Source: Pseudomonadota bacterium (lineage in GTDB: Bacteria; Desulfobacterota; Desulfobacteria; Desulfobacterales; JBDRRP01). From it: 64,000 nucleotides of DNA. Shown here in pieces: positions 20,247 to 30,539 of the stretch; the first letter of the stretch is position 1, and every line of letters begins with the position of its first letter. Where the stretch lies: assembly GCA_043825735.1 (NCBI GenBank), contig JBDRRP010000107.1, positions 62,001 to 126,000 on the forward strand, given 5' to 3'. The notes beneath the pieces were generated by a model. That model ran no database searches and was not told where the DNA came from. It saw only the letters and a list, made by a program, of their open reading frames with translations. Both the position numbers and the translations under genes were made by a program.

Positions 20247-22925
20247 ATGACTTCACAGCGCACCGTTTACCTGATCGACGGCACGGCCTACATTCACCGC
20301 GCTTTCCATGCGATTCGCGATCTTTCCAACTCAAAGGGGATGCCCACCAACGCGGTTTTCGGCTACAGTCGGATGCTGCTTGCTCTGGTGGAGCAGAAAA
20401 AACCGGATCTCATCGGCGTCTGTTTCGACAGCAAGGGGCCTACGTTTCGCCACGACGCGTATCCGGAGTACAAGGCCAACCGCCCGCCCATGCCCGAGGA
20501 GATGGCCCAGCAGATTCCATGGATCAAGCAGGTGACCGAAGGCTTTCGCATTCCCATCATCGAGCTGCCCGGCTACGAAGCCGACGATCTCATCGGGACC
20601 CTGTCCGCGCAGGCCCAGGCACAAGGCTTCAAGGTGGTCATGGTGACCGGCGATAAGGATTTTGTCCAGCTGGTGACGCCGGCGGCGGTTATCTGGGATC
20701 CCATGAAAGAGACCACCATCGACACCGATGTGGTGAAAAACACCTACGGATTGACGCCGGCCCAGATGGTCGATGTCCAGGGGCTCTCCGGTGATACGAC
20801 GGACAATATCCCGGGGGTTCCCGGTATCGGTCCAAAGACGGCCGTCGATCTCATCGTCGCCTTCGGATCCATGGATGGGGTGTATGCGCACCTGGAATCC
20901 ATCAAAAAGCCCAAACAGAAAGAAAACCTGAGCCGGTTCAGGGACCAGGCGTTTCTCAGCCGTCGCCTGGTCACCATCGCCACCGATGCCCCGGTGCGCT
21001 TCGACCCTGAAGCGTTTGAGCGCAGTGCGCCCGATAGCCAGACACTCTGCGATCTTTTTCAGCAACTGGAGTTTCGTCAGCTTCAGTCGGCCTTTTCTCC
21101 GACGGCGCCGTCGGTGGAAAAACGCTACGCGGCGGTGACGACCCTGACGCAGCTCGATGCCCTGGTGGCGACATTGACGTCAGCCGATATCATCGCCGTA
21201 GATACCGAGACGACTTCCCAGCATCCCATGCTGGCCCGGTTGGTGGGGATTTCTCTGAGCACCGAGACCGACGCGGCGCTCTACATCCCCTGCGGACATA
21301 CACAGGACGCCGCCCCGGCGCAATTGCCGCTGGAAACGGTGATTGCGCGGCTCAAACCGGTTTTGGAAAACCCAAGGATTGCCAAGGTCGGGCAGAATAT
21401 CAAGTACGACTGGATCGTGCTCATGAACCACGGCATCGCACTGGATGGCGTCGTCTTCGACACCATGCTGGCCTCATACCTGCTCAATCCTTCCAAACGG
21501 GCCCACAACCTGGACCAGATCGCCCTGGATTTTCTAGGGCACCGGACCATCCGTTTTGAAGAGGTCGCCGGCAAGGGCAAGGATGCGGTCACCTTCGATC
21601 GGGTGCCGCTCGCAGCCGCGATGCCGTATGCCTGTGAAGATGCCGACATCACCCTGAGCGCCTACCGCGTACTGCTGCCGATGCTCGCCGAGCACGGTCT
21701 CGATGAGTTGATGACCACTATTGAGGTGCCGCTGGTGCCGGTATTGGCGCGAATGGAGCGCGCCGGTGTGCGTGTGGACAGGGCGCGGCTAAAGCAGTTG
21801 TCCGAAGTTTTCGCTTCTCAGTTGGACAAGATCGAAACAGAGATCCACCATCTGGCCGGTGAAGACTTCAACATCAACTCTTCCCAGCAACTGGGCCGCA
21901 TACTCTTTGAGGTCCTCGGACTTCCCATGGTGAAAAAGACCAAGAAGAAAACCGCCTACTCAACCGATGTGGAGGTGCTCACCGTGCTGGCAGAGCGCCA
22001 TGACCTGCCGGCCATGGTGCTGCGCCACCGAACACTGTCAAAACTGAAGTCGACCTATACCGATGCCCTTCAGGAGCTGATCCATCCGGAGACCGGACGC
22101 ATTCACACATCCTTCAACCAGACCGTGGCCGCCACGGGCCGGCTGAGCAGCTCGGACCCCAATCTGCAAAATATTCCCATCCGTACCGAAGAGGGCCGGA
22201 TGATCCGGGAGGCGTTTATCCCGCGGGAGGGATGGACACTGGTTTCCGCCGATTATTCACAGATCGAGCTGCGGTTGATGGCCCACTGCTCAGAGGACCC
22301 CATTTTGATCCGGTCATTTCAAGAGGGCGAGGATGTCCATGAGCGCACCGCCATGGAAGTCTTTCAGCTGCTTCCGGGCATGGTGACCGACGATCTGCGC
22401 CGGCAGGCCAAGGTCATCAATTTCGGGATCATTTACGGGATGAGCCCCTTCGGGCTGTCCAAGGCGCTGGGGATCAGTCAGAAGATGGCGCGCACGTACA
22501 TCGATCACTACTTTAATCGTTATGCGGGGGTGAAGCGCTACATTGACGAAACCATTGCCGAGGGCCGAAAGACCGGCCAGACAACGACCCTGCTAGGGCG
22601 TATTCGGCTCTTGCCCGATATCGCCGCTGCCAACAGGAGCGTGCGGGAGTTTGCCGAACGCACCGCGGTGAACACGCCGATTCAGGGGACTGCCGCCGAT
22701 CTGATCAAGCTGGCCATGATCCGCGTGGACACCGCGTTTCGGGAGGCAGGGATGGCATCGGCCATGCTGCTGTCGGTCCATGATGAGATCGTGTTTGAAT
22801 CACCACCGGAAGAAGTGGATGCGGCCATGGACCGGGTTCGCCGAATCATGGAGTCGGTGTGGGCGCTACGGGTGCCCCTGAGCGTCAACATCGGCCGGGG
22901 AGACAACTGGGCCGATATCCATTAG
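20247..22925 (+). CDS. polA: DNA polymerase I
   Basis: 5'-3' exo LIDG...YKANR...EADD; 3'-5' exo DTETT; polymerase TGRLSSSDPNLQNIP, DYSQIELR, VHDE. Confidence 0.98.
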   Translation: MTSQRTVYLIDGTAYIHRAFHAIRDLSNSKGMPTNAVFGYSRMLLALVEQKKPDLIGVCFDSKGPTFRHDAYPEYKANRPPMPEEMAQQIPWIKQVTEGFRIPIIELPGYEADDLIGTLSAQAQAQGFKVVMVTGDKDFVQLVTPAAVIWDPMKETTIDTDVVKNTYGLTPAQMVDVQGLSGDTTDNIPGVPGIGPKTAVDLIVAFGSMDGVYAHLESIKKPKQKENLSRFRDQAFLSRRLVTIATDAPVRFDPEAFERSAPDSQTLCDLFQQLEFRQLQSAFSPTAPSVEKRYAAVTTLTQLDALVATLTSADIIAVDTETTSQHPMLARLVGISLSTETDAALYIPCGHTQDAAPAQLPLETVIARLKPVLENPRIAKVGQNIKYDWIVLMNHGIALDGVVFDTMLASYLLNPSKRAHNLDQIALDFLGHRTIRFEEVAGKGKDAVTFDRVPLAAAMPYACEDADITLSAYRVLLPMLAEHGLDELMTTIEVPLVPVLARMERAGVRVDRARLKQLSEVFASQLDKIETEIHHLAGEDFNINSSQQLGRILFEVLGLPMVKKTKKKTAYSTDVEVLTVLAERHDLPAMVLRHRTLSKLKSTYTDALQELIHPETGRIHTSFNQTVAATGRLSSSDPNLQNIPIRTEEGRMIREAFIPREGWTLVSADYSQIELRLMAHCSEDPILIRSFQEGEDVHERTAMEVFQLLPGMVTDDLRRQAKVINFGIIYGMSPFGLSKALGISQKMARTYIDHYFNRYAGVKRYIDETIAEGRKTGQTTTLLGRIRLLPDIAAANRSVREFAERTAVNTPIQGTAADLIKLAMIRVDTAFREAGMASAMLLSVHDEIVFESPPEEVDAAMDRVRRIMESVWALRVPLSVNIGRGDNWADIH

Positions 22926-23194
22926 GCGTAAATATTGAGCAGTTGGCCCACTGACGGCGGTCCGAGCAGCACGGCGCTGCTGCGGCGATCGTAGATCTGG
23001 GCGGGTTCGGCAGGCGCGGCATCGGCAGCCCAGTCCATGTAGGGATCGATGATATAGTTCAGGCGCTTCCGGGGCTGGCGTTCACCCGCGTCATGCAGGT
23101 CCTCCCGGGCTGTCCGGGCACGTGGCTCCTGGCCGATTCCTGGAATCGTCATAGGGATCAGCGGTATCACGTTATGTCGCAGTGCTACGATCAT
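22922..23194 (-). CDS. small hypothetical protein, possibly motility-associated
   Basis: GGAG SD before MIVALRHN; C-terminal GQLLNIYA resembles the G-x-x-L-D/N-x-Y-A tail of YjfB-like proteins; near flagellin. Confidence 0.5.
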   Translation of the reverse strand: MIVALRHNVIPLIPMTIPGIGQEPRARTAREDLHDAGERQPRKRLNYIIDPYMDWAADAAPAEPAQIYDRRSSAVLLGPPSVGQLLNIYA

Positions 23195-23496
23195 GGCTCC
23201 GGTAGTGGGTCTCTTATCTGTGCTGATACATGGGGAAGTTTCGGAAAACTCCCGTATATTAGACAAACTTTAAGCCTGTCGTCAATTAAAGATCGGTCTG
23301 TATGGACAAATATGGCTACCCCTTTAAAAGTGTGCAAAAAAAATATTGAGCAATGTTCATCGATTGCAGCAATATCTGAAATGTTACCGCAAGATAGTGC
23401 ACGATTTTGCCATCGTCCAGGGGTTAGTGATTACCATGTCAGCCGCTCCGGCGGTTTTCGCAGCGTCGATCTGCCAACCGGCGTGAAGAGGTGACC

Positions 23497-24555
23497 ATGA
23501 CAACTGCCCTCCCCATCCCGTCAATTCTCGTGGTGGATGATGACCCGGATATTTGTGACATGCTGACCGAGGGCATTGCCGCCCACGGCTACCGGTGCCG
23601 CTCGGTGTCGGATGCCGAGTCCGCCGTGACCGCCGTTGCGCGTCAGCGGGTCGACGTTGTGGTCACCGACATCCGCATGCCGGGAATGAGCGGCATCGAA
23701 CTGTGTCGCGCCGTACGGGCCAGCACCGCCGCTGATGTCATCATCATGACCGGGTTTACCCAGGATGTCACCTATGAGGAAATGGTGGCCAACGGCGCCT
23801 CCGATTTCATTCAAAAACCCGTATCTTTGGCCGAATTCATGGCCCGCTTGAAGCGGGTGATCGGTGAGCGCGCCCTCCGAGCCGAACGCAACCATGCCCT
23901 CGAGGATATCCAGTGGAACCTGGCGCGTTTTCAAAGAGCGATGGATGGTATCATCCATGCCATGTGCCGTGCGGTCGAGATGCGAGATCCTTATACCGCC
24001 GGTCATCAGGAGCGGGTCGCACGGCTGGCCGCCGGGATCGGCGAATCCATCGGGCTGGATGCCGACCGGGTATACGGCATTCGCATGGTCGGTCGGATCC
24101 ATGACATCGGCAAAATCATCATCCCCTCGGAGATACTTTGCAAACCCGGGGAGTTGTCGGCGCCCGAGTTTGAAATCATTAAAACCCATTCCCGGGCCGG
24201 CAGCGACATCCTCAGCACCATCGAGTTTCCATGGCCCCTGGCCCAGGTGGTGCTCCAGCATCACGAGCGGCTGGACGGATCGGGATACCCAGCCGGTCTC
24301 ACCGGCGAAGACATCCTCATGGAAGCGCGCGTACTGTCGGTGGCCGACGTGTTCGAGACCATGTCCACTCACCGCCCCTACCGGCCGGCGCTGGGGATGC
24401 CCCGCGCGTTGGTCGAACTGGAGACCAACCGCGGCCGCCTCTACGACGCCGCGGTCGTTGATGCCTGTGTCGATCTGGTGCGGCGGCCAACATTTTCGCT
24501 GGACGAAAAAAAATGGGAAGCTTCCGTTCTGGAGGCTTCCCATTCTCGCCGGTGA
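23497..24555 (+). CDS. response regulator with HD-GYP c-di-GMP phosphodiesterase domain
   Basis: REC VVDDD...TDIRMP...KP; HDIGK, HHERLDGSGYP, RPYR. Confidence 0.93.
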   Translation: MTTALPIPSILVVDDDPDICDMLTEGIAAHGYRCRSVSDAESAVTAVARQRVDVVVTDIRMPGMSGIELCRAVRASTAADVIIMTGFTQDVTYEEMVANGASDFIQKPVSLAEFMARLKRVIGERALRAERNHALEDIQWNLARFQRAMDGIIHAMCRAVEMRDPYTAGHQERVARLAAGIGESIGLDADRVYGIRMVGRIHDIGKIIIPSEILCKPGELSAPEFEIIKTHSRAGSDILSTIEFPWPLAQVVLQHHERLDGSGYPAGLTGEDILMEARVLSVADVFETMSTHRPYRPALGMPRALVELETNRGRLYDAAVVDACVDLVRRPTFSLDEKKWEASVLEASHSRR

Positions 24556-24594
24556 CAGCGTATTGCTGCTGTCAGAGCCTTCGGGACTGTTCGG

Positions 24595-25437
24595 TTAGAA
24601 CAGTCGCAGTACGGATTGAGCGGCCTGAGAGGCCATGCTCAACGACGTGGTGCTCAGCTGTTGCCGGGTCTGGAGCATCAGCATGTTGGCGCCTTCTTCA
24701 TTCATATCGGCATTGACCAGGTTGGCCGCGCCTTCTTCCAGGGTGTTGATCATCTGGGAGGTAAATTCCTGGCGCGTGGTGATGGTCGACAGGGCGTTGG
24801 AAAGCTCTTTGCTCTTGGTACGCAGGGTGGCGCGGGCCGAATCCAGGTCGGCGATGGCCGAGGTGACCAGCGCGTCGGTGGTCCAAACGCCGGAGGCCGA
24901 GTCGATGGACATACCGGTAGCATCGGCGTCGAAACCGATCACTTTCAGGTTGGCATCTCCGGCGTTCTCGGAGAACTCCACCGTCATGGTGGAACCCTGC
25001 AGGAAGTTGAGGCCCTTGTAGCCCGAATCCTGTGCCAGTTCATCGATCTGGCTGCGCAGGGTCTCGAACTGCACCAGCAGGGCGCTGCGGTCCTTGTAGT
25101 CCTGGGCAGTGGTGGTGGCCGTGGCGTCGATGGCCAGAGCGGACTGGGCCGTGGACTTGGCCGAGGCGATCAGATCGGTGATGGCCTCGATACCGGTGTT
25201 GGCCGCCTTGACGGTTTGACTCGCTTCGCCCATTTCATCCTTGCGCTGGGCCAGGTCGCCGGAGCGCTGGCGGTGTCCCTGGGCGGCGAAAAAGTTGATG
25301 GGGTCATCCAGAGCCGTCTGAACTTTCAGCCCGGAGCTCAACCGCGAAGCGGTCTTGTCCATCATCTTGGCTGTCGCTTGAGAATCGAAAAGGCTCTGAC
25401 GCATACCGGCTGTGAGTGTGATGTTGGGAAGTGCCAT
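24595..25437 (-). CDS. flagellin (short, 280 aa)
   Basis: N-terminal RLSSGLKV..ALDDP, C-terminal ADMNEEGANMLMLQTRQQL...SVLRLF. Confidence 0.93.
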   Translation of the reverse strand: MALPNITLTAGMRQSLFDSQATAKMMDKTASRLSSGLKVQTALDDPINFFAAQGHRQRSGDLAQRKDEMGEASQTVKAANTGIEAITDLIASAKSTAQSALAIDATATTTAQDYKDRSALLVQFETLRSQIDELAQDSGYKGLNFLQGSTMTVEFSENAGDANLKVIGFDADATGMSIDSASGVWTTDALVTSAIADLDSARATLRTKSKELSNALSTITTRQEFTSQMINTLEEGAANLVNADMNEEGANMLMLQTRQQLSTTSLSMASQAAQSVLRLF

Positions 25438-25501
25438 GATACATTACCTCCTAAAAAGTGTTTTTGGTTGACGGCGTTCTGCCGCTTGGCAGGAGGTAAT
25501 G

Positions 25502-25516
25502 GCAAATCGTGTGCCA
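25502..25516 (-). promoter_or_regulatory. sigma-54 promoter of flagellin
   Basis: Minus strand TGGCAC-ACGAT-TTGC matches the -24/-12 consensus exactly, about 65 nt upstream of the ATG. Confidence 0.85.
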
Positions 25517-26005
25517 TCCGGACCAGGAATTCAATAATTCTCGTATTTACGGACTCTTATCATTTTTACGGAATGGGGGAGGGTCAAAAGCTTGGCGGTC
25601 AGTGGGAATAAACTGCCGCTTTTAGGAGAAAAATTTTCCGCGGGCGGCATCGGTGGCCGGTGATGGCGCCATCCAATTTGACCGTGCGGGGTCAATGGTG
25701 TCGAAGGGTCGGGGGGCGGTAGGTCAAAGCGAAGGGAACCGCAATGCTCGCTGCGCCGGCCCGCACTTTCGGGATTCCTCGGACTGTTCGTCTGGAACCC
25801 GGTACGAAGCAGCGGGTTTCCAAGACAAATAGCACCGCTATTCCTCCGGGTTCCGAAATGCTCTGGCCTTGCTCTGAACTAAAATCCACCATTTCTGAAT
25901 GGACACTAATGAAGGTGCTGGGGCTGCCCGGGTGGGTGAGGGGGTATGCGACCGACACAGCCTGATAACGGCGGTCCTGGAAATGGGACCGCCGGGGCCG
26001 AGAGG

Positions 26006-26314
26006 TCAGACCTTCTCGTTGAGGATCGATTCCTTGAGCATGTTGAAGGCGATCTTTTGGCCATCGACACGGTAGGTCCCCTGGGCCAGTTGGTTTCTGA
26101 TGGCCGCCACCTTGTCCTCGCGGACATCGGGTACATCGGCCAGTGCTTTTTCCGTGCGCTGGAGGGACTTCGCCTCTTCGGAGAGTTCCACCGTGTCGCC
26201 CTTGGGGCGAGGCGGTGTTTGGTGCTGTTCCATCGGCGCCACTTGCTGAGGCTTCTCGACTTGTTTGACGTACTGACTGACATTGGCGTTAATATTTTTG
26301 CTGGTGATTTCCAT
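26006..26314 (-). CDS. flgM: anti-sigma-28 factor FlgM
   Basis: DTVELSEEAK, DVREDKVAAIRNQLAQGTYRVDGQKIA. Confidence 0.9.
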   Translation of the reverse strand: MEITSKNINANVSQYVKQVEKPQQVAPMEQHQTPPRPKGDTVELSEEAKSLQRTEKALADVPDVREDKVAAIRNQLAQGTYRVDGQKIAFNMLKESILNEKV

Positions 26315-26369
26315 ATCGACTCCGGGGGCAGAGGTTATTGTTTCGTTCACTGGCACTATTCTAATGACA

Positions 26370-26396
26370 TCATCGGCAAACTCAACAAATACTTAA
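26370..26396 (-). promoter_or_regulatory. sigma-28 (FliA) promoter of flgM
   Basis: Minus strand TTAA-N15-GCCGATGA vs consensus TAAA-N15-GCCGATAA. Confidence 0.75.
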
Positions 26397-26755
26397 GTAT
26401 TTTTTTGGGGTTATCTATGAAAATGATGTTTTCAGTGACCGCCTGTCGTCGCGTCTCGCCGGCGTTCGTGCCAGCATTTCTTTACGCCGGATCCGATCAC
26501 GCTGCGGTGGCGTCTCAATCATAGCTCGGCGGAATGGGCAGGTCTATACCTTGTTTGACAGCACTAAAACGGGCGTTGACAGGGTTCAGCGTTCCCCGAT
26601 GTCCGGCTCATGGTCGTTTCAATGGATTTCTTCTCGCCGGCCCCTATAAACAGGGCATTTGGATGTTGACATCGGTTTTCGGCTCCTGTAGGGTCCCCAC
26701 AATCACACCATGGCTGCGTTTCAGCATGCCGTAACAACAAAAGGGGGGGGCTCAG

Positions 26756-27028
26756 ATGACAAAGGCAGAACTCATTGAACTCATGGCCAAGGAAGCGAAC
26801 CTGTCCAAGGTCGCTGCGGGTGCCGCGTTGGATTCCTTCATGGCAAATGTCGGCAAGGCACTGAAGAAAAAAGACGGCAAGGTGACGCTTGTGGGTTTCG
26901 GCACCTTCCAGAAAATGCGCCGCAAGGCCCGTAAAGGCCGCAATCCCCAGACCGGTGACGTGATCAAGATCAAGGCGTCCAACGTCATCAAGTTCAAACC
27001 CGGAAAAAAACTGCGCGATGCCATATAG
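26756..27028 (+). CDS. hup: DNA-binding protein HU
   Basis: MTKAELI, VTLVGFGTF, RKGRNPQTG, FKPGKKLRDAI. Confidence 0.96.
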   Translation: MTKAELIELMAKEANLSKVAAGAALDSFMANVGKALKKKDGKVTLVGFGTFQKMRRKARKGRNPQTGDVIKIKASNVIKFKPGKKLRDAI

Positions 27029-27051
27029 ATGATTTTAGTACAAATTTTTAC

Positions 27052-27086
27052 GGCCCGGGCTTCTGTGGAAGTCCGGGCCTTTTTTT
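27052..27086 (+). terminator. intrinsic terminator after hup
   Basis: GGCCCGGGCTTC-TGTG-GAAGTCCGGGCC followed by T7. Confidence 0.9.
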
Positions 27087-27338
27087 GGGGCGTCTTCCAT
27101 TGTTTCTACGGCCGATAGCGATGTACACCCGGCATCGTTGTTTATATGGAACGTGTTTATGACAATGGCTCAATAGGGGACAGTGACGGCAATGGGCGCT
27201 GGTTCAGAGTCAAGGAAAATGGATTCTGTGCCGATAAGGAATACAGGACGCCATTGCGGCGGGGAAGCCTGCCGGGCGGATGCCCGTCCGTGAGCATGAC
27301 GGGCAGGATGTTCAAATCTTTTAACGACACGGTGCATT

Positions 27339-27836
27339 ATGGGAAGCGCTGCGCAATCCAAGCGACCTTTAAAAGAGACCCTGGTGGATTTGCTGATGTA
27401 TCTGCCGTTGTTTGGCGGGATGCCCTCGAACGACCTCAATACGCTTGCCGCCCACATGTCTTTTTTCGAATTGGAGCCCGGTGAGATTCTGTTCAGGGAA
27501 GGGGACCCAGGCGAGAGCGTCTGCTTCGTGGTTCAGGGGGGGCTTGACGTGCTCAAGGAAGGCGGCGCTTCCGGAGCGTCGGCGGTGATTGCCACGGTAC
27601 CCCGGTACCGGTCCATCGGGGAAATGTCGGTGATCGACAACACCCCGCGATCTGCCACCGTAAAGGCCCGGGTCAAAACGGCCATGGTATCCCTGTCCAA
27701 GTCTGGTTTCGATGAACTGCTCGAACAGCACCCGCGCATCGGTATCCACATCCTGAAGCAGATCGCCAGGCTCATCAGCATGAATCTGCGAAAGACGTCC
27801 AGCCGGCTGGCGGATTATATGCTTCCCTTAACCTAG
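27339..27836 (+). CDS. stand-alone cyclic-nucleotide-binding domain protein
   Basis: LFREGDPG, IGEMSVID..PRSATVKA; no HTH. Confidence 0.9.
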   Translation: MGSAAQSKRPLKETLVDLLMYLPLFGGMPSNDLNTLAAHMSFFELEPGEILFREGDPGESVCFVVQGGLDVLKEGGASGASAVIATVPRYRSIGEMSVIDNTPRSATVKARVKTAMVSLSKSGFDELLEQHPRIGIHILKQIARLISMNLRKTSSRLADYMLPLT

Positions 27837-27878
27837 AACACTTGCCAAAATGATGTCCCCTTTCATCCCCAAGTTCTT

Positions 27879-27954
27879 ATCGGGGTCGGGATCGCTATCG
27901 GGATCGAAATCGATGTTTCTCAAGGTCGATAGCGATACCGATAGCGATTTCGAT
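27879..27954. repeat. hexamer-based inverted repeat (NTCGNN)n / (NNCGAT)n intergenic element
   Basis: ATCGGGGTCGGGATCGCTATCGGGATCGAAATCGAT ... GTCGATAGCGATACCGATAGCGATTTCGAT between convergent genes. Confidence 0.75.
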
Positions 27955-27988
27955 ATTCATCAGTGCAGGGTTTATCCCCGCCCGTTTT

Positions 27989-29689
27989 TTATGGCGCCAT
28001 CTCATAAGCGTCGACCCGGCTGTAGACATGATCCTTCCAGATCCGTTCGAAGCGAGCCGGGTCGGCCGCCGGTGCCCGGACGATGCCGCGGCACGACTCG
28101 CGCTGGGCGTCGCTGAGTCCCGGTGTCAGGTACAGCGCGGTGGCATAACGGGTGAAGTCGCGCACCATTACGTCGAAAATCTGCTCCAGCACATCGTCGG
28201 AAACGTTTTCCATGCGATACTTTTCGATAATGAGTTGGCCGTAGGCCACCAGGGTGAACATCTCGCCCAGGGTCAGCAGATAGCTCATGTCCTTTTGCTG
28301 GTCCACCGAGGGGCCGGCCGTCATGAGCATGCTCTTGAGGCCGTCGATCTGTTCCTTGAACACGGTGACGTTGGGTAGATCGACGCTGCCATAGGCGATC
28401 GCGTAATCGTGGAACTGGATTTTGCCCAGTCCCTTGGTCGGTCCCTGACGGAACAGAAAATCATCGTTGACGGCATCGATGCGCCGCGGGATTTCAGGAA
28501 ACTCGGCAGGGTTGAAGAAATAGTTGGCCATGAATTTGACGATGAGGGCCATGTTGACGTGGACCGTTCCTTCAAGTTTGGGCAGGGCACGAATGTCTGA
28601 GGCGGCGTTTTCGAAGTAGACGTCTTTTTCAAAACCGCGGGCGGCAATGACATCCCAGAGCAGGTTGATGACTTCCTCGCCCTGGGTGGTCACTTTCATT
28701 TTCACAATGGGGTTGTAAAGCAGGTAACGCCGGTCTTCAGCGCAGCCCGATCGCATGTAGTCCGAGGCACGGGTGGCAAACATTTTCATGGCCGTCAGGC
28801 GCGTGTAGGCGTCCACGAAAATCTGTCGGATGTGGGGGAAATCGGTGACGAACTTGCCGTAGAGATTGCGGTGAGCGGCATGGTTGACGGCTTCGTAAAA
28901 GGCGTGGGTGCAGATGCCGATGGAGGCCCATCCCAGGTTGTATTTGCCCACATTGATGGTGTTAAGGGCCGAGTCCCAGGCCTCGCGCCCCGTCGAGAGG
29001 ATGTCGGCCTCGGTGACTGGGTAGCCGCTCAGCGCGTATTCGGCCACGTAGCTTTGCCACTCCACCACGTTTTTCACGAGCTCATAGTTCTCATGGGTCG
29101 GGTCGGCGGCGAAGAAGACATATTCGCCGGTTTCCGAGTTTTTCCCGAATGTGGATACGATGGCGGCCTTGTTGGCATTGCCGATGTAATACTTCCCACC
29201 ATCGGCCACATACCGGCCTTCGGCCAGCGGCGTGAGGGTCATGTCCGAGGAGTAGAGATCCGCGCCGTGGGCTTTTTCCGACAGACCGAAGGCGAAAATG
29301 GCGCCGTCTTCGAGAAGCCGGGCGGTTTTCTTCTTGATCTCCTCGTTGCCGCTCATCCACAGGGGGCCAAGTCCGAGGATGGACACCTGCCAGGTATACC
29401 AGTAGGCCAGGCCATAGAATCCCAGGATTTCGTTGAAGTCGCAGATGCGGGCGGTATCCCAGCGTTTGTCCGGATCACCGTCGGCGTAATCGCTCGGAGT
29501 GAGCAGGGTGGCGAAGATGCGGTTTTCCTTTTGGAAGTTAAGGAAGTCGTCGTACCAGACACGGTGGTGGTAGTCGTGTTTGAGTTTGGCCTTTCCCTGG
29601 GCTTCGAAAAAGGCGATGGTTTTTTCCATGATCTCTCTGGAGCGTTCGTCCAGGTGGTCGTAGGTGGCGGTTTTCGGGTTGAGCAGCAT
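27989..29689 (-). CDS. acyl-CoA dehydrogenase
   Basis: FAFGLSEKAHGAD, GGKYYIGNA, LPKLEGTVHVN; GGGAG SD. Confidence 0.92.
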   Translation of the reverse strand: MLLNPKTATYDHLDERSREIMEKTIAFFEAQGKAKLKHDYHHRVWYDDFLNFQKENRIFATLLTPSDYADGDPDKRWDTARICDFNEILGFYGLAYWYTWQVSILGLGPLWMSGNEEIKKKTARLLEDGAIFAFGLSEKAHGADLYSSDMTLTPLAEGRYVADGGKYYIGNANKAAIVSTFGKNSETGEYVFFAADPTHENYELVKNVVEWQSYVAEYALSGYPVTEADILSTGREAWDSALNTINVGKYNLGWASIGICTHAFYEAVNHAAHRNLYGKFVTDFPHIRQIFVDAYTRLTAMKMFATRASDYMRSGCAEDRRYLLYNPIVKMKVTTQGEEVINLLWDVIAARGFEKDVYFENAASDIRALPKLEGTVHVNMALIVKFMANYFFNPAEFPEIPRRIDAVNDDFLFRQGPTKGLGKIQFHDYAIAYGSVDLPNVTVFKEQIDGLKSMLMTAGPSVDQQKDMSYLLTLGEMFTLVAYGQLIIEKYRMENVSDDVLEQIFDVMVRDFTRYATALYLTPGLSDAQRESCRGIVRAPAADPARFERIWKDHVYSRVDAYEMAP

Positions 29690-29788
29690 GGCGTTCTCCC
29701 TTCTAATCTCTCCTGTATCGTGATTTCTGGCCTGAAATATAGATGAACCTGCATGCGCCGGGCAGCCGGTGGCGGCAGACTCATCAAA

Positions 29789-29805
29789 GTTCGCATACGA
29801 ACCAA
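29789..29805. promoter_or_regulatory. putative MarR operator upstream of the acyl-CoA dehydrogenase
   Basis: Palindrome GTTCG-CATA-CGAAC; the 16-mer TTCGCATACGAACCAA recurs at 30327-30342. Confidence 0.7.
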
Positions 29806-29872
29806 GATTGGCGCCACTTGCATAGCGAGCGGGGTTCTTCTGCTCGGCGGCGGGCCGAGATTTCAATCTGGG

Positions 29873-30316
29873 TCACCCCGTGTGAGGGCCGTCCTGCATC
29901 AGGTCCCGTAGCATGCGTTTTAACAGCGCCTGTTCCCCCAACGGCAGTACGGCCAGTAGATCCGCGTTGGCGCGCTGGCGCAAGGCGATGAGTTCGTTTT
30001 TGAGGCCGGCGGACTTATTGGCCGTGTAGAGTCGCTGCACGCGCCCGTCGCTGGGATCTCGCCGTTTTTCAATCCACTCGCCGTCCACCAATCGGTCGAT
30101 GACGCCAGAAAGGGTGGCCTTGTCGAGCACGAGCATCTTGCCTAGTTCGGCCGCTGTCTGCCCCTCCTGGTACCAGAGCCCCTCCAGCACCAGGTGCTGA
30201 AGGTTGGTCAGACCGTAGGGGGCCAGTTGGGCTTTGAAAATACCGTGGGCCCGCTGGTAGGCCTTGGCCAATAGGAAAATGGTGCAGTCCGGTAGTGGCT
30301 TTTGCAGTGTCGTCAT
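29873..30316 (-). CDS. MarR-family transcriptional regulator
   Basis: YGLTNLQ, LDKATLSGVIDRL, RDPSDGRV. Confidence 0.92.
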   Translation of the reverse strand: MTTLQKPLPDCTIFLLAKAYQRAHGIFKAQLAPYGLTNLQHLVLEGLWYQEGQTAAELGKMLVLDKATLSGVIDRLVDGEWIEKRRDPSDGRVQRLYTANKSAGLKNELIALRQRANADLLAVLPLGEQALLKRMLRDLMQDGPHTG

Positions 30317-30326
30317 GGGGAATCCC

Positions 30327-30342
30327 TTCGCATACGAACCAA
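30327..30342. promoter_or_regulatory. putative MarR autoregulatory operator
   Basis: TTCGCATACGAACCAA immediately upstream of the marR ATG; identical to 29790-29805. Confidence 0.7.
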
Positions 30343-30539
30343 TAGCGGACTCGCCGTCAATTGTCAATATTCGAGTCATTGTTCTGCAGTATTGAATATG
30401 CCAATGACGGCGCAGAAGAATATCAATATTATCGTTTTGACAATCAGCGGCCGATTTTCCAGTATCCCATGCCGAAAGCCATGATTGCAGGCCTCAGCGC
30501 CGTCGGCTGTGGCGCTGTTGGTTGGAATGGCCTTTTTTA

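Noticed and set aside
23390..23412. Sigma-54-like sequence upstream of the HD-GYP regulator
   Set aside because: GG/GC spacing does not fit -24/-12 on either strand.
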